From Neoechinorhynchus agilis (Eukaryota > Animalia > Acanthocephala): a stretch of 64,000 bases of DNA. Positions 34,641 through 47,479 of this stretch are shown here, piece by piece (the first letter of the stretch is position 1; every line of letters starts with the position of its first letter). The stretch spans positions 2,018,797 to 2,082,796 of the forward strand of contig CM121342.1 in the NCBI GenBank assembly GCA_051530055.1. Reading direction: 5' to 3'. A program made the translations under genes and the position numbers. The notes under the pieces were generated by a model. It saw only the letters and a program-made list of their open reading frames with translations, did no database searches and was not told where the DNA came from.

Positions 34641-35269
34641 AATAATTTTAAAAAATCGAGTATTAAATAAGTACAACTGCTGGGGAGTCATTTTATGCGG
34701 TGAAATAATCTTACGACAATAACATATAACTTTTCAAAAATAAACAAAGTTGTGTTAAACAGTTTTTTGAAACAATAAGGCAAAGGGAGCGCCTACAGGA
34801 TTTTGGGTGTCGGCATAATTTGGTTACCTGAATTCGTAGAATCAGTACAAATACACTCATACCTCGCTTTACAGAATAGATATGTTCAACGATCGTATAA
34901 TTCCCATTCTGTAAATTTTAAAAAATACTAAATTTATTTCCAGAATAGTCATTCGACTCATCGGTTTTTATCGTTTGTTATTTTGCTCAATCCATATAAT
35001 CAACAGTATTCCATTTTTTCGTAATCCCGTTTTGTGAGAGATCTAAAGTTGAAGCATATTGCAAATATGTTTTAAAATATTTATCACGAAAAGTTGTATT
35101 TGTTGATTTCGCAAGCCCCCGTACAGATTTAAGCGATTTTCTCTTTAGCTTCCAATCGACATGATATTTCCAGTCTAGTTTTGTGAAATACAACTTGACT
35201 TTTCTGCCGCATGATTGATCAAGTTTGTTTTTAATACGAAACTTGGCTGGGCTGTTGACAAAGAAAATA

Positions 35270-36540
35270 AAAAATCTTGATTTCCGAGCATTCGCCATCT
35301 TACGGCTTCTTCAGGAATCTAAAAAGGCATGTGGGGGTGTGAATTGTGTTAAACTAGCGACATTAAAATGTAGAAAGTTCGTCTCGCTCGTTTAACAGTT
35401 CTGGGTTGTTGCCGAATTGATTTCCAGAACTCGCCCTCGAATAGTCCTAGGAGACACCTTCACTTTCCAACCGCCCGGTATATAAGCAGTACCTCGGCAA
35501 TCGGTATTCCACCGAATCCTTGACCACAGACCTAACTCGTGTAGAGAGGTACTCTGTCGCAATGGAACTCGGAGCGGTTCTTTTGTTAACGGTGTAGCCA
35601 TAATGCTGCGTCCGGAGTCAGTGTGTTGGGAACTTGTACGGTCCAACGTTAACGCACGCGATGACCATTTGCGCCCACGGAATTCCCTGGTCCGTACACA
35701 TCAAGGACAATGCTGGACATGTTTCCGGCGTTTCGTGATGTTCAGTTCTCGCCAGGATTCGTCTAAGTGTAAGCGCACTTCTGTGGAAAATCCGGGCATC
35801 CATTCTAACCATGGCAGATTCTTTAGAACTTCACTAGGAATCTTTTCGATGACATATGGAATCTTGAGAATCGGTTTCCTCCATATCGATTCCCACAACG
35901 ATCATCGTTCCGTTTTGCGTCTTTTGAATTACTTGGCGGCAAGATCTCTTTTTTCGTGTATATCCATTATGAGCGAAAATTCCGTTTATTCTGTCTATCG
36001 CCAATCGTTTCTCCGTTAACGACGATGAACAAACCAGTGCTGTAATGTACATCTCAGCGTAAATTGCCTGTTTCATCACGGAAAAATGATGGGAATCTCG
36101 ATGCATGACTCTACTTTTAGAGTTTGCGATATAAATTGAAATCCGTGACCTGATTAACTCTGAAACACAAATTCAGTATGGCAGATAATCCGGTGGTTTG
36201 TCTCGCATCACCTTAATTCCTCCAGTAGGATCCATAGAATTCAACCCCTTGGTCATCGACCTCACAATCCTCTCTGTAGGTGAATAGCTCATCATCCAGA
36301 TAGCGGAGGTAAATTTGGCTCGATGTTTAATGTGGGAAGATGCAATGCCTTTACAAATCACCGAGGAAAATTATTGCAAAAACGGGAGCAATGCTGTTTC
36401 CCATTGACAGCCCATGGATTTATCTATAAAGTCGGTCGTTATATCGAAAGAACTTGCAAGCCTCATTTGTTCGCATTCAACTGCTTTCTCGAAAGCCCGT
36501 ACCGCTATCGGATTTTGCGTCAATTTTCGCCTTGAATGGG
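35270..36540 (-). mobile_element. Decayed Penelope-like element (RT remnants + GIY-YIG) with degenerate hammerhead at 35278-35320
   Basis: LASSFDITT, AIDRINGIFAHNGY and LKIPYV segments. The HHR reads agattc-CTGAAGA-A-GCC gtaagat GGC-GAA-TGCT-C-ggaaatc (AGCT palindrome with one change). Confidence 0.75.
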
Positions 36541-37880
36541 CATGTCAGAAAAATTGAGTGGCTGTTGAACGATTCTCGGTTGCTTTCGGTTTAAATTTAA
36601 GAAGGTGAACTGCTCCTGAATTTTTATGCTCAGCGGTTTTTCCATTATTGGAAACACCTTTGTAAGTACTAAGATTCCCACAGGCGCACACGATACCAAT
36701 GGACCCGACAAGAAGAAATGCTTTTTCGGATGTAGAGACCACATCGTCCTGATCCGGAAAAGTGGTTGTTGTGACCGACTCGGTGGTAGACATCACATCA
36801 ACATATACGCAATTGGTCCAAGTTTTCCATCTTTATTCCCTTTCCGGGTATCCATGTTCGTCTTTTCAGTGTTTCTATGAACCTCTCGGCTAACCCGTTA
36901 GTTCTAGGATGATATGGGCTAGCTTTTATATGTTTGATTTGAAATTCGCTGCAAAAACGTGAAAACTCATTCGAAATAAACTGTGGCCCATTGTCTGACA
37001 CAATTTATTTCGGTGCCCGAATCTGCTGAAACATCTCCATCGACATCGTACGACATGCGTGGTCGTCGAATTTCGACCTAGCGACCATACCTCTGGCAAT
37101 TTTGTGTTCGATACGAATTAGCTATGTATCGCTATTTACTGACCCAGCCATGTCCACGTGTAATCTTTCCCATGTTTCTACAAGCCAGTCGCAAAGTTCA
37201 CACATTGCGATCATTTGTCTGATCTCTTCCTCCATCTTAGGCCAAAACACATAATACCGACTCATTGCAATCATCGCATCCCTTCCGGTGTGTCCTGCAT
37301 GTAGACGATCCAATACGCACCTTCTCAAGCTCTTTGTTAATTACTAACCGGTCAAGATGCAAAATGATCCCATTTATAACGCTTAATTCGTCTCTAACCT
37401 TCAAAAATGGAGGATCTGTCGGGCTAATCTCTCGTGGCCAGCCATATTTTATATATCGCAGGATCCTCCCTAATTGAACATCGTCCCTCGTGGTGCTGCG
37501 TATTGTGTTCTCCGAAATCTCAATCTTACACGATTTTTCCTCAATCACCATTCCGATTTGAATCTATTCTTCGTTACTCGCTCCATCACTTATATTCTTG
37601 TTTGCTAACCTCGATAAGCAGTCAGCTACCTGGTTCCGAAAATGTATTGCAATGGCGTGTGGTCGGTTTCGAGCGTGAATTTCCGTCCATATACGTAGAA
37701 GTGGAATTTCTGCACCGCGAAAATCAAAGCCAACGCTTCTTTGACAAGAACCGAGTAATTCTCTTGTGATTTTCGCAATACCCTTGAAGCGAACATGACA
37801 GGATGCTTCGATCCGTCCTCCAATTCGTGGAATAATACAGCACCTATTTTGGTGTCACAAGCATCGGAATTTATAACTAT

Positions 37881-38750
37881 TTTCTTATTTTCATCATATG
37901 GCAAGGGATTCCGTGTACTCGTCAGCATTTCTTTAATTTGATTGAATGCATTTGAGTGATATTGTTTCCATTCGAATCGCGTCCCTTTCCTTGTATTTTC
38001 TTATTTTCATCATATGGCAAGGGATTCCGTGTACCCGTCAGCATTTCTTTAATTTGATTGAATGCATTTGAGTGATATTGTTTCCATTCGAATCGCGTCC
38101 CTTTCCTTGTATTTTCTTATTTTCATCATATGGCAAGGGATTCCGTGTACCCGTCAGCATTTCTTTAATTTGATTGAATGCATTTGAGTGATATTGTTTC
38201 CATTCGAATCGCGTCCCTTTCCTTGTATTTTCTTATTTTCATCATATGGCAAGGGATTCCGTGTACCCGTCAGCATTTCTTTAATTTGATTGAATGCATT
38301 TGAGTGATATTGTTTCCATTCGAATCGCGTCCCTTTCCTTGTATTTTCTTATTTTCATCATATGGCAAGGGATTCCGTGTACCCGTCAGCATTTCTTTAA
38401 TTTGATTGAATGCATTTGAGTGATATTGTTTCCATTTGTTTGTTTTTGTGGTTTTTTGTGGGTTGTGTTTATTTGATTAATTTTGGTGTTTGTTATTCGA
38501 ATCGCGTCCCTTTCCTTGTATTTTCTTATTTTCATCATATGGCAAGGGATTCCGTGTACCCGTCAGCATTTCTTTAATTTGATTGAATGCATTTGAGTGA
38601 TATTGTTTCCATTCGAATCGCGTCCCTTTCCTTGTATTTTCTTATTTTCATCATATGGCAAGGGATTCCGTGTACCCGTCAGCATTTCTTTAATTTGATT
38701 GAATGCATTTGAGTGATATTGTTTCCATTCGAATCGCGTCCCTTTCCTTG
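37881..38750. repeat. Seven tandem copies of a 116-bp segment of the Gypsy RT-RNaseH tether; the fifth copy carries a 61-nt T/G-rich insertion
   Basis: gtccctttcc occurs at 37981, 38097, 38213, 38329, 38506, 38622 and 38738. Confidence 0.95.
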
Positions 38751-40560
38751 TTAGCTCGTAAAGTGGCGCACATATCGGATGCAGCTCTGGAAAATATCGC
38801 TCTTGAAAATTCACTTAGCCAAGAAAACTCTTCAGTTGCATAACATTTCGAGGTCTTGTGCCCTTCAGCATATCTTCAATCTTTTCTTTGGTCGGTTGAA
38901 TCATCACTCGTCAACAAATTTCGGGAGTCTGCGTCTATTTCTAATTGGTGATACGCATCCGATAAATCAAGAATCGAATATTTCTTTCCTGGAGCGATGT
39001 TGTGTAGCAACTCGTCAAATGTCGGCATTTGATACAGTTCGTCTCGGAGATATTTATTGCTTGCTGTCCTGAAATCTCCGCATATCCGTATCTTACCATC
39101 CTTCCTTCTTACGACGACGATCGGCGTTGCCCATCTCACCTGCTCCTCGTGATCTATGAGCTGCTCGAGAACATTTTTCTTAACTAATCTTTCTAACTCT
39201 TCCTTCAAAAGCGCTTGAACAGCAAACAGAATCCTCCGTGCTTGACATCGAATCGGGTTACTCTCATTCATCAAATCTAATTTGATCTTGTAATCCATGC
39301 TGGCAGAGTCTGGTTCTCGAAAAATATTAGGGGATGCCTGTTGAATTTTGTACTTCGAAATCCGATTCCCTTTAGCTTTTATGCTGTCTTCCTCGGGCAA
39401 TTCCATCTCGAACGCAATACACCAGGGTAACCCAAACAGACATCGACTGTTACAGGGCACTACGTGAGCCTTGACTGATTTTGTCGCCCCACGGAGTTCC
39501 ACTGTCAATTCACATTCTCCAAAATCCTCAACTTTCGCCCCCACAAATCCCTTCAATTCTTTGCCCCTTAAGCAATATCGGACGTCCTACTTGTTCCCAT
39601 ACCTTATTGCTAATAACGCTTACCTTCGCTCCTGTATCGAATTGCATCTTGCAGTGGACATTATTGATTTTGACTGTGATCTCCATTCTTTTATTCTTTC
39701 TCTTATCAACCACGTATAAGCAAATTTGTTCGTTGTTAATCTCCACATTTTCGGCCGCTTATCCTTGCTTCTTTTCGCTTCCCTCCGCTATCTGCATCTG
39801 TCGATCGTCGATTAAATCTCATTCCTGTTCTTTGCTCCAATCTATTGATATCGTGCTCCATTTTCAATTCTTCGGTATTTCCCCCAATAATCTCCTGGGC
39901 ATTCTCACTTGCTTCCATCGCGTGGGCCAATTCTAATAACTTTTGTGGTGTCCTTGCACTGCATCACGGCTATTCTCAATGTCGCATTGGGTGTTTTGAG
40001 GACAACCAAGCCTTTGATTCTATCATCCACGGCTTTCAACTCATCATCAATTTCTTTTGAGAAAAACGTTGAATCCTCTTGCAGCTCCTCGCAAATCAGC
40101 CACCCATTGTGCACGTGTTTCGCCTTCTCGTTTATTTTTCGAATTGAAAATGTACCTGGCCAATATTTTCAGTACCTCAGCTTTGTAATATTCATCCACT
40201 AGCCGGATAATATCCTTATATGCGAACTTCGCCATCTCCTGTGCTGCCGTCAATTTTTTTATCAGCTTGTATGTTTCGCCACCGATCCATGTAAGCATAT
40301 TTGCCTTTTTGGTTTTATCTTCGATCACTTCATTAGCTTCCATATATTGGTTAATTTTTTCCACGTATTCTGCCCAATCCTCCTGCTCCTGTTCGTATCG
40401 TCTCAATGCATTTATCCCTCTCCTCTGTCCATGAGCATCCAATTCATCTTTTCCTTGCACTAACATCATGAGTTCCATCATTGCTGCTATTGCTGCTGCA
40501 TCCACTCCCTCATCATGTTCGCTTGATACTTTTTATGATCTGCTGCAACACGTGAGAATC

Positions 40561-40570
40561 CTCGTCGCCA
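40561..40570 (-). promoter_or_regulatory. Primer-binding site TGGCGACGAG, 2 nt inside the LTR end (..GTCACA)
   Basis: It lies between the CA-ending LTR and gag, and begins TGG, complementary to a tRNA CCA end. Confidence 0.8.
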
Positions 40571-41369
40571 AATGTGACTGACTCGGTGGTAGACATGTTG
40601 TATTCTGATTCCAAAGACGTCCACTCTCACACACATCAACGTATACGCGCACACAGATACTTGCATGTATCACCAGATCGATGGCATGACGACATCATGT
40701 CCACTATAAATGTTGTCAAATTAAAAATTCCAAGACCGGCGAAAATACTAAGCGAAATAAGTTTGGGATTTATCTGGAAAAGTTTTGATGGCGATTCTTA
40801 GGTGAGGAACGATTTTCAAGTAAAACTCGCGGTGCGGAATGTGACCGAGGACGTCAGGAGGACGCCAAAGTGTCACAAATGAGAAAAATCGACCGGTGTT
40901 CCATATTTCCTTCAGGGACAGGAACAACGAACCAACAGAAAATCCGATTACGAATAGGACTTAACGGGACAAACAGAAGTCCAAGAAGTCTAAGCTACAT
41001 CCTTGTTTAACAACTTTTTAAACTTTCGAAAAATTATGAACAGACTGCTGCCGGGTTGCCGTTAAGGACGTTTCCGATAAATGAAGTCCTATGCGGCACC
41101 TCGACAGGTAGTGCAGCCGTTTCACATCAAGGAGAAAACTTTGGCGGCTCGGATCGGTAATTGTTTCCCATCTAATGGCGAAATCAGTTAAGTGTTGTAA
41201 GCAATTGACCCGACAGTGCATACTTTTCCATTTTAAAGGAGTTATATTCTAAAATCTTTCAAAACAAAGTGGAACCTGTAGGCGTTTGATTTTTATTCGA
41301 TGTTTTACACCCAGAAATTTATAATGTCAAAATACACTCCATTTTTTATTTGGTCTCATCCCTGAGGTG

Positions 41370-41615
41370 CCACCCTCTCTAATTTTTTCCCCTTTGGCGT
41401 CAAGACGCTCGGGTCGTTTGGTACCGCGGCGCAGAACCTGGTTAAGCAATTGTCTAAGAGATTCAGACGAATCTTCCTCCTGCAAAACATTAGCCCGGCT
41501 GTGCAACGAGGAAGAGTATTAAATAATTGAGGAAAAGCATTTCGCGCCCATGGTCGATTCTTTAACAAAATTAATATTTCACACCAGGACTGCAGCTAAG
41601 TGATCCAGAGCGCTG
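41370..41615 (+). mobile_element. Short CRE-type 3'-end fragment
   Basis: ctcgggtcgtttggtaccgcggc..caaaacattagc..gtgcaacg..agtgatccagagcg, shared with the 18.1-kb and 30.2-kb copies. Confidence 0.8.
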
Positions 41616-42430
41616 ATGTGAATGATTTCTGTTGGATTATTGTGAATAAAAAATTCAGTTACTTGTTCACAAAGCGTACTTATAATCCTTTGCTTTTTGG
41701 GATTGCATCGGCATTTAACGATTTGGTAATAATTTTTCCGTAATCATTGAGAAAGGTTTTCTATTTGCATTCGATTCCACATTTTCTCGTATCGAAAGTC
41801 CTGTTCCTCGAACTTACATTTTCCTGGATCTCAACCTAAGAAAACGCTCAACTATGCTTCATTTCTGTAATTCTATATGTTCGATTAGTTAAAAAATCAA
41901 TTTCGAATTCTTCTTTTAAGTTAATTTTCCTTTCCTCATGGATTTGTGACAAGAGACGCAAATCCGATTAAACTTATCACAAAATCCACCACTTCTGTAA
42001 GCTATTAGACTTTCGAGAGCATTCGAGTGGTCCGATGTCGAATCTCTTTTCGTAATCTTTTTTTGTTGAGACATTTTTCGTATTTCCATGTCAAATTGGA
42101 AATCATAAATACTGACAATAACGTAAATTAGTCGTTTTCCCAGAAAAATCGGCTATATTAGGTTGATATATTTGTTGTTTTTATACAATCATTGATTCCA
42201 TTATTCAGATATGAGCGGAAACGATCATTACACACTGATAAAGCTTTCAACGGACTATGCAGGAGCGTTTACGAGTAAAAATACAATAATCGAACTTTTT
42301 AAGGTTGTTGAACGCGATATGCGAATAGAATGGAATGACCCCAAAGAACCTGGATATTTGTTAATCAGCCATTGACATTGTAGATAGTGCACTTTCGGAA
42401 AAGCTGGAGTTGAAAGTCAAAACCTCTATT

Positions 42431-42994
42431 ATGGCCGATACAAAATTACAAGTTCGTCTTCTAAAGTTTTTGTCTCCTTATGAGATTTTTATCGCTACTG
42501 ATACCTACGACCGAAACCTAGAAACCATCGGCCGTTTGCTGAAGAGTTTATGTACACATCGGAATCTTCGAGTGGGATCCGACGGACCGCAAACGAACAC
42601 CATGTATGCAATTGAACGACAAGGAGTCTTTTATCGCTGTACAGTAAGCGATAAAAACATTAAAACTATAACCTTTGCAGATAAGTTTTGCTATGAAGCC
42701 CTTGATGATTTCACTGGACTTCATATACTCGGTAAGGAATCTTTTCAGTTTCCATCATTGATGATAGACTGCGCTATGGATGATATATTGCCCATGTATG
42801 ATCAAGACGAGTTTGACGATCAAGTCAGTAGAGAGATTGAGAAGAAAATTAAAAATTGTGAAAGGTTTGAGATTCATGTGAAGAGACATCTAGAGAGCGA
42901 GAAGCATGACTTCTATACTATTCATCTAAGGACGGAGTTCGGCGATTTAGAAGAATATTTGATTGCAAATAGATTGGCTCGACGGAAGATTTAA
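42431..42994 (+). CDS. Extended Tudor-domain protein (possible out-of-frame KH-like segment upstream at 42211-42365)
   Basis: VRLLKFLSPYEIFI..GVFYRCTV..ITFADK..FQFPSLMIDCAMDDILP..FDDQVSREI..YTIHL..LEEYLIANRLA follows the extended Tudor-SN pattern from end to end. Confidence 0.75.
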   Translation: MADTKLQVRLLKFLSPYEIFIATDTYDRNLETIGRLLKSLCTHRNLRVGSDGPQTNTMYAIERQGVFYRCTVSDKNIKTITFADKFCYEALDDFTGLHILGKESFQFPSLMIDCAMDDILPMYDQDEFDDQVSREIEKKIKNCERFEIHVKRHLESEKHDFYTIHLRTEFGDLEEYLIANRLARRKI

Positions 42995-43167
42995 GGAATC
43001 TTTCTTAATATAGTAAATTGCGCTTTAAGTTCCATCTATAACCGCTTTTTCTTGAATAATCCGGCAACCACTATCGCTTATTTTTATAATATTTGATAGA
43101 AGATAACCGTCATAGTGAGCGAATTTTTAAAGTATGGAATTTGTAAGAATTTCAGCAAATTCGACGA

Positions 43168-43204
43168 AGGAACTGAAGAAATGCTTTAGACGAAATATAA
43201 GCCA
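43168..43204 (+). ncRNA. Degenerate minimal hammerhead (intact core boxes, broken stems)
   Basis: ggaa-CTGAAGA-A-atgctttagac-GAA-ATAT-A-agcc. Confidence 0.4.
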
Positions 43205-43329
43205 CAAGCATTTGGTTTTCTTGCCTTGAACAACATATTTCTCCATAGACTTTGTCATTCTTACCTTTATATTGTGAATAAGAATTGCATATATCACTGC
43301 CTAAAAATATATTATCTTTGTCGTGTGTA

Positions 43330-45540
43330 ATAAATGTATAACATTAAACAAAAAACTACTTCCGCTATCACCATTCTCCGAGTTGGGTCAACTAATTTAC
43401 TTCCTAACTCGTCTTGAAGCTCACTTCGACAAAGTGTTCACCAATATCGAAGCCTACTCAACCGTCTGTAAACCCCTCCTCGCACGAACTCTGGCCACTC
43501 TGCCCTTATAGCTCCCTCCACCCCACTTCAGCGTTTAAAATCACCTCGTTTACCTGTCTGGGATAAGCGATATCATAATATCTAAAATTTTATTAAATGA
43601 TTTAATACTATGATTCACACCATCCACTCTGACAACACAAATGACCCCTCCTTAGCCGTGTCCTCACTAAATTCAACCAAAAATTTTGTCTAACTTTAAC
43701 AATACTCAAGAAATTCGTTAGAATATCCAACCATGACCCACCATGGATAATCCCCCACCTTGAAACTCCCTCAAAAGCAAGCATATAAGGAACATCGCAA
43801 TAACTTTCCAGACTTTGCCCGTTTATAAAAAAACACTAATATGCACAATTCTTGTTGCCCGAAAAAACTTCATTTCCGCTAAAATTCGTTCAGGTGGCAA
43901 TTCAACATGGTGTTGGGCCGTCAAGAACTCTCTTCGTCTACGCAACCCTGACCCCCCTTCCTAAATTTGTTCTCTTCTGAACTGAAACATGTCTTAGAAA
44001 CTATCCATCAGGGCAGTGGTTCTAATGGATAGTTTCTAAGACATGTTTCAGTTCTCTTCTGAACTGAAACATGTCTTAGAAACTATCCATCAGAACCACT
44101 GCCCTGACTCAAATTGCAATCGTTGTTCCACATCGGACTCTATGCAATCTTTCACTTTCGCAGCTGAAACTTCTGTCAACTTTTCTGTACTCCCATTAGT
44201 TTCGTCATACGAAGTACTACAGTTTCTCAAGAAATTACCTATAAATTCATCCTCTCAATCCCAAATGCTCTTCGCTGCGTCATCCTTGAACTTCTCAACC
44301 CTCTTACCCACATTATAAACCACACCTTTTTATATGACATCAACACCGCATGTCTGAAACTGCTAAAGTTATACTTCTTCCGAAAAAGAACATCCTATTT
44401 CCACCAAATCATTCCGTTCAATATCCATTCTACCCCCACTTTCAAAAATCACCAAAAAATGTTATAAATCTCTCCTTCTTTCACTTCTTAAAAACAAGTT
44501 ATCACCCCTGCAATTCGGCTTCCGGCCCAATTTTCCTGACACCGATACTTTACTCTGCATTTATGACACGCTCCAACGTAAGCCCACGTCACCCGCCCCA
44601 TTTAACTTGATTTATCTAAAGCATTCGACTCCGTAGACCGCTAACTACTTTTTTTCAGGTCTGTTGCGAGTTGGTTCTAAACTGGTGGCAGATCCACTGA
44701 CTGGATTCTTATCTTCATAATCGCAAACAATACATTCACTGTCGATCTACCTCCTCGATCATCAAATCCCTCTCCGAACGCGTGGTGCTGTTCTGCCACA
44801 ACTTCTTTTTAATATTTTCTTAAACGACTTTAAGCATCTCTCCTTTCACTCTAAACTATTCTTGTATACCAACGATCTTGCCCTCATCACCCATTCACCA
44901 CCCCACGTCTCCCTTTCCTTAACCTCTAACGAAATCATGCACATAAAAGATTTCTGCATCAATTACAAACTCCACCTAAATTTCTCTAAATGCTTCGAAA
45001 TGATCGCTTAATTGTCCCACAACCTCACATCCTCCCCCGAGCTTCTAAATGATATAATACGAGTCACTTCCCTCAGAATGCATTGATATCCAATTTCGCT
45101 TAAACTTGAAATTAGACTCGCATATCATTCTCTCCTCCGAGCTCAAAATATTTAAAAAATTCCTCCTCAAAGGCCTCCGCCATTTAGGAGTACATCCACC
45201 CGATCCCTTCAAAGTTTACTTCTGCTTTATTTTACCCTCCCTCATCTACGGCTATCCCGTATTTTGCAACCTTTCCTAATCTCAAATCCGTCGTCTTGAA
45301 ATATTTCATAAAAGAACATAAAAAATTTCCATAACTGACTTTCCCTCTCTCACCAAATACCTTATTACTATTTTCATAAAACCATCAAAACGCCTATCAA
45401 CCCTACCGCCACAATTTTTATCGCATTTTATTCATCAATCCCAATTCTTTTCATCCTCCCTTGACCTCGTACCTCCCTATACCGACGCTCCTTTTTAAAT
45501 ACTGCTCAATCTACTTGGATATCACTACCGAAATGAACCC
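43330..45540 (+). mobile_element. Decayed CR1/L2-like LINE (C-rich RT region)
   Basis: RPIS-like segment, aaagcattcgactccgtagac (KAFDSVD), LFLYxxDL and FLPSLIYG-like segments, with many stops and frameshifts. Confidence 0.7.
43969..44106. repeat. Micro-triplication with inverted middle copy (A - inverted - A)
   Basis: gaactgaaacatgtcttagaaactatccatcag is present twice in direct orientation, separated by the reverse complement of itself plus its downstream aaccactgccc. Confidence 0.93.
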
Positions 45541-45940
45541 GAGGAAGACCTAACTTCGCAAGCGCTCCTGCAAACAATATCCGCGAATCCCCGCCCGAGC
45601 GGGCATCCCCCGACCGCATTTGTCATTCTCAGAAAATGTCGACCGCTTCGCCAGGAATAACGTGTTATTAACATAACCGCGTGTTAATGAGGACCCAAAG
45701 GTACATGGATCTTATTTCTTAAACACAAAAATAATAAAATGTGTTATTATTGAAATATTCCATATTTAAAACGCCGCGATTTACTCAGAACCAAAAGAAG
45801 GCTTTCGGTTGGTTCATTAGAATATTGTCGAAAAAATTATTTGCACAAAAATGTACTTTGAACGATTTAAATATTGCGTTTCACAGAATCACCTTCAGAA
45901 ACTAATAATCCGACTTTATTCTCTTGAGCGCTAACAATGT

Positions 45941-47071
45941 TTAGAAGCACTTTCTGTGGACAATCGAAGGTCCGCTTTCGTCGTATTCCTCTTTTGAAAT
46001 CCACATTGATTGGAACGTTGATAATGAAGCGAGAATAGATCCACCAATCCATACTGAGTATTTACGTTCAGGTGGGGCGATAATCTTAATCTTGATTGTG
46101 CTTGGTGCAAGGGCTGTCATTTCCTTTTGCATTCGATCGGCAATACCCGGGTACATGCTACTACCTCCCGAAAGGACGGTATTAGCATAAAGGTCTTTGC
46201 GAATATCAATATCACAGCGCATTATTGAGTTAAAAGTAGTTTCATGAACTCCAAGGATTTCCATTCCTACAAACGAAGGTTGGAACAACGCTTCAGGGCA
46301 ACGGAATCTCTCGTTTCCAATGCTGATCACTTGACCATCAGGAAGCTCGTAACTCTTTTCAATCGAGGATGAACTTGCGGCAATAGCCAATTCTTGCTCA
46401 AAGTCCAGCGCCACATAACACAGTTTCTCCTTGATATCTCTCACGATTTCCCGTTCTGCCGATGAGACAAAGGCATAACCGTGTTCCATCATGATTTTCA
46501 TCATGTACTCGGTCAATTCCCGTCCAGCGACGTCCAGACGGAGAATGGCATGAGGAAGGGCGTATCCTTCGTAGATAGGTACTGTATGAGTTACACCGTC
46601 CCCAGAGTCTAGAACGACTCCGGTTGTTCGCCCTGAGGCGTATAAAGAAAGGACGGCCTGAATGGCCACGTACATGGCTGGTGAATTGAAAGTTTCGAAC
46701 ATGATTTGAGTCATCTTTTCTCTGTTCACTTTTGGATTCAATGGAGACTCAGTCTGAAGAGTAGGATGCTCTTCTGGAGCAACTCGGAGTTCATTGTAAA
46801 ACGTATGATGCCATACTTTCTCCATATCATCCCAGTTTGTAATGATGCCATGCTCAACTGGATACTTTAGAGTCAATATTCCTCTCTTGCTCTGAGCTTC
46901 ATCTCCAACATAAGAGTCCTTTTGCCCCATTCCGACCATCACTGCCTGGTATTTGGGCCGTCCAACGATTGAGGGAAACACGACACGAGGAGCATCGTCC
47001 CCGGCGAATCCGGCTTTGCACATACCCGATCCATTATCGATCACGACTGCTGCGACCTCGTCTTCTGCCAT
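45941..47071 (-). CDS. ACT: Actin (intronless, divergent isoform, 376 aa from MAEDEV)
   Basis: Complete actin sequence [18 protein letters not shown]...[14 protein letters not shown]. The ORF-track start at 47110 adds 13 non-homologous residues. Confidence 0.98.
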   Translation of the reverse strand: MAEDEVAAVVIDNGSGMCKAGFAGDDAPRVVFPSIVGRPKYQAVMVGMGQKDSYVGDEAQSKRGILTLKYPVEHGIITNWDDMEKVWHHTFYNELRVAPEEHPTLQTESPLNPKVNREKMTQIMFETFNSPAMYVAIQAVLSLYASGRTTGVVLDSGDGVTHTVPIYEGYALPHAILRLDVAGRELTEYMMKIMMEHGYAFVSSAEREIVRDIKEKLCYVALDFEQELAIAASSSSIEKSYELPDGQVISIGNERFRCPEALFQPSFVGMEILGVHETTFNSIMRCDIDIRKDLYANTVLSGGSSMYPGIADRMQKEMTALAPSTIKIKIIAPPERKYSVWIGGSILASLSTFQSMWISKEEYDESGPSIVHRKCF

Positions 47072-47479
47072 TGAATCAAATAATAACGCTTCGGTGTTGA
47101 CTGGGAACATTGCTTGCTTTTATATGGCCTTTGTGCATAATTTGTGGCAAATCTCATGAAGAAGATTTTTCCTTATAAGGAAATCCGAGTTTCTCCGCTT
47201 CCACACAGAGGAAAGATTTTCTATCTTTATCCTTTTTTTCGTATTTTTGTGCGTCTGGGCTACGAGGAATTTGACTTGCGTATAGCGAAATCTATTTTCT
47301 GAACAGGAAAACACGAAGAAATGCGAGTAGTCGATAAGCGATCGATGGATTTGAAGGACACAAAGCATTCTACAGCCGATATTCAAGTGAGGAAAGGATG
47401 CTCATCTTTTAGGTCGCACGCGCGCTCAATCGAATATCATGATGTAGACTGATTATAAAATGGAATCCATAATCAAAGA

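Larger units (their letters stand above)
36540..40700 (-). mobile_element. Ty3/Gypsy LTR retrotransposon (Mag-like), decayed; gag-protease-RT-RNaseH-integrase, 5' LTR about 40573-40700, no intact 3' LTR
   Basis: gag EDWAEYVEKINQYMEAN..NMLTWIGGETYKLIKKL; protease MQFDTGAKVSVIS; RT WATPIVVVRRKDGKIRICGDFR..LDLSDAYHQ; RH DACDTKIGAVL..KEALALIFAVQKFHFYVYGRKF; IN SDNGPQF..PYHPRTNGLAERF. Confidence 0.92.

Noticed and set aside
40700-41340. Possible gene between the Gypsy LTR and the CRE fragment
   Set aside because: Only short ORFs without recognisable similarity were found.
47072-47110. 13-aa N-terminal extension on actin given by the ORF track
   Set aside because: It is non-homologous sequence upstream of the canonical MAEDE start and most likely 5' UTR.
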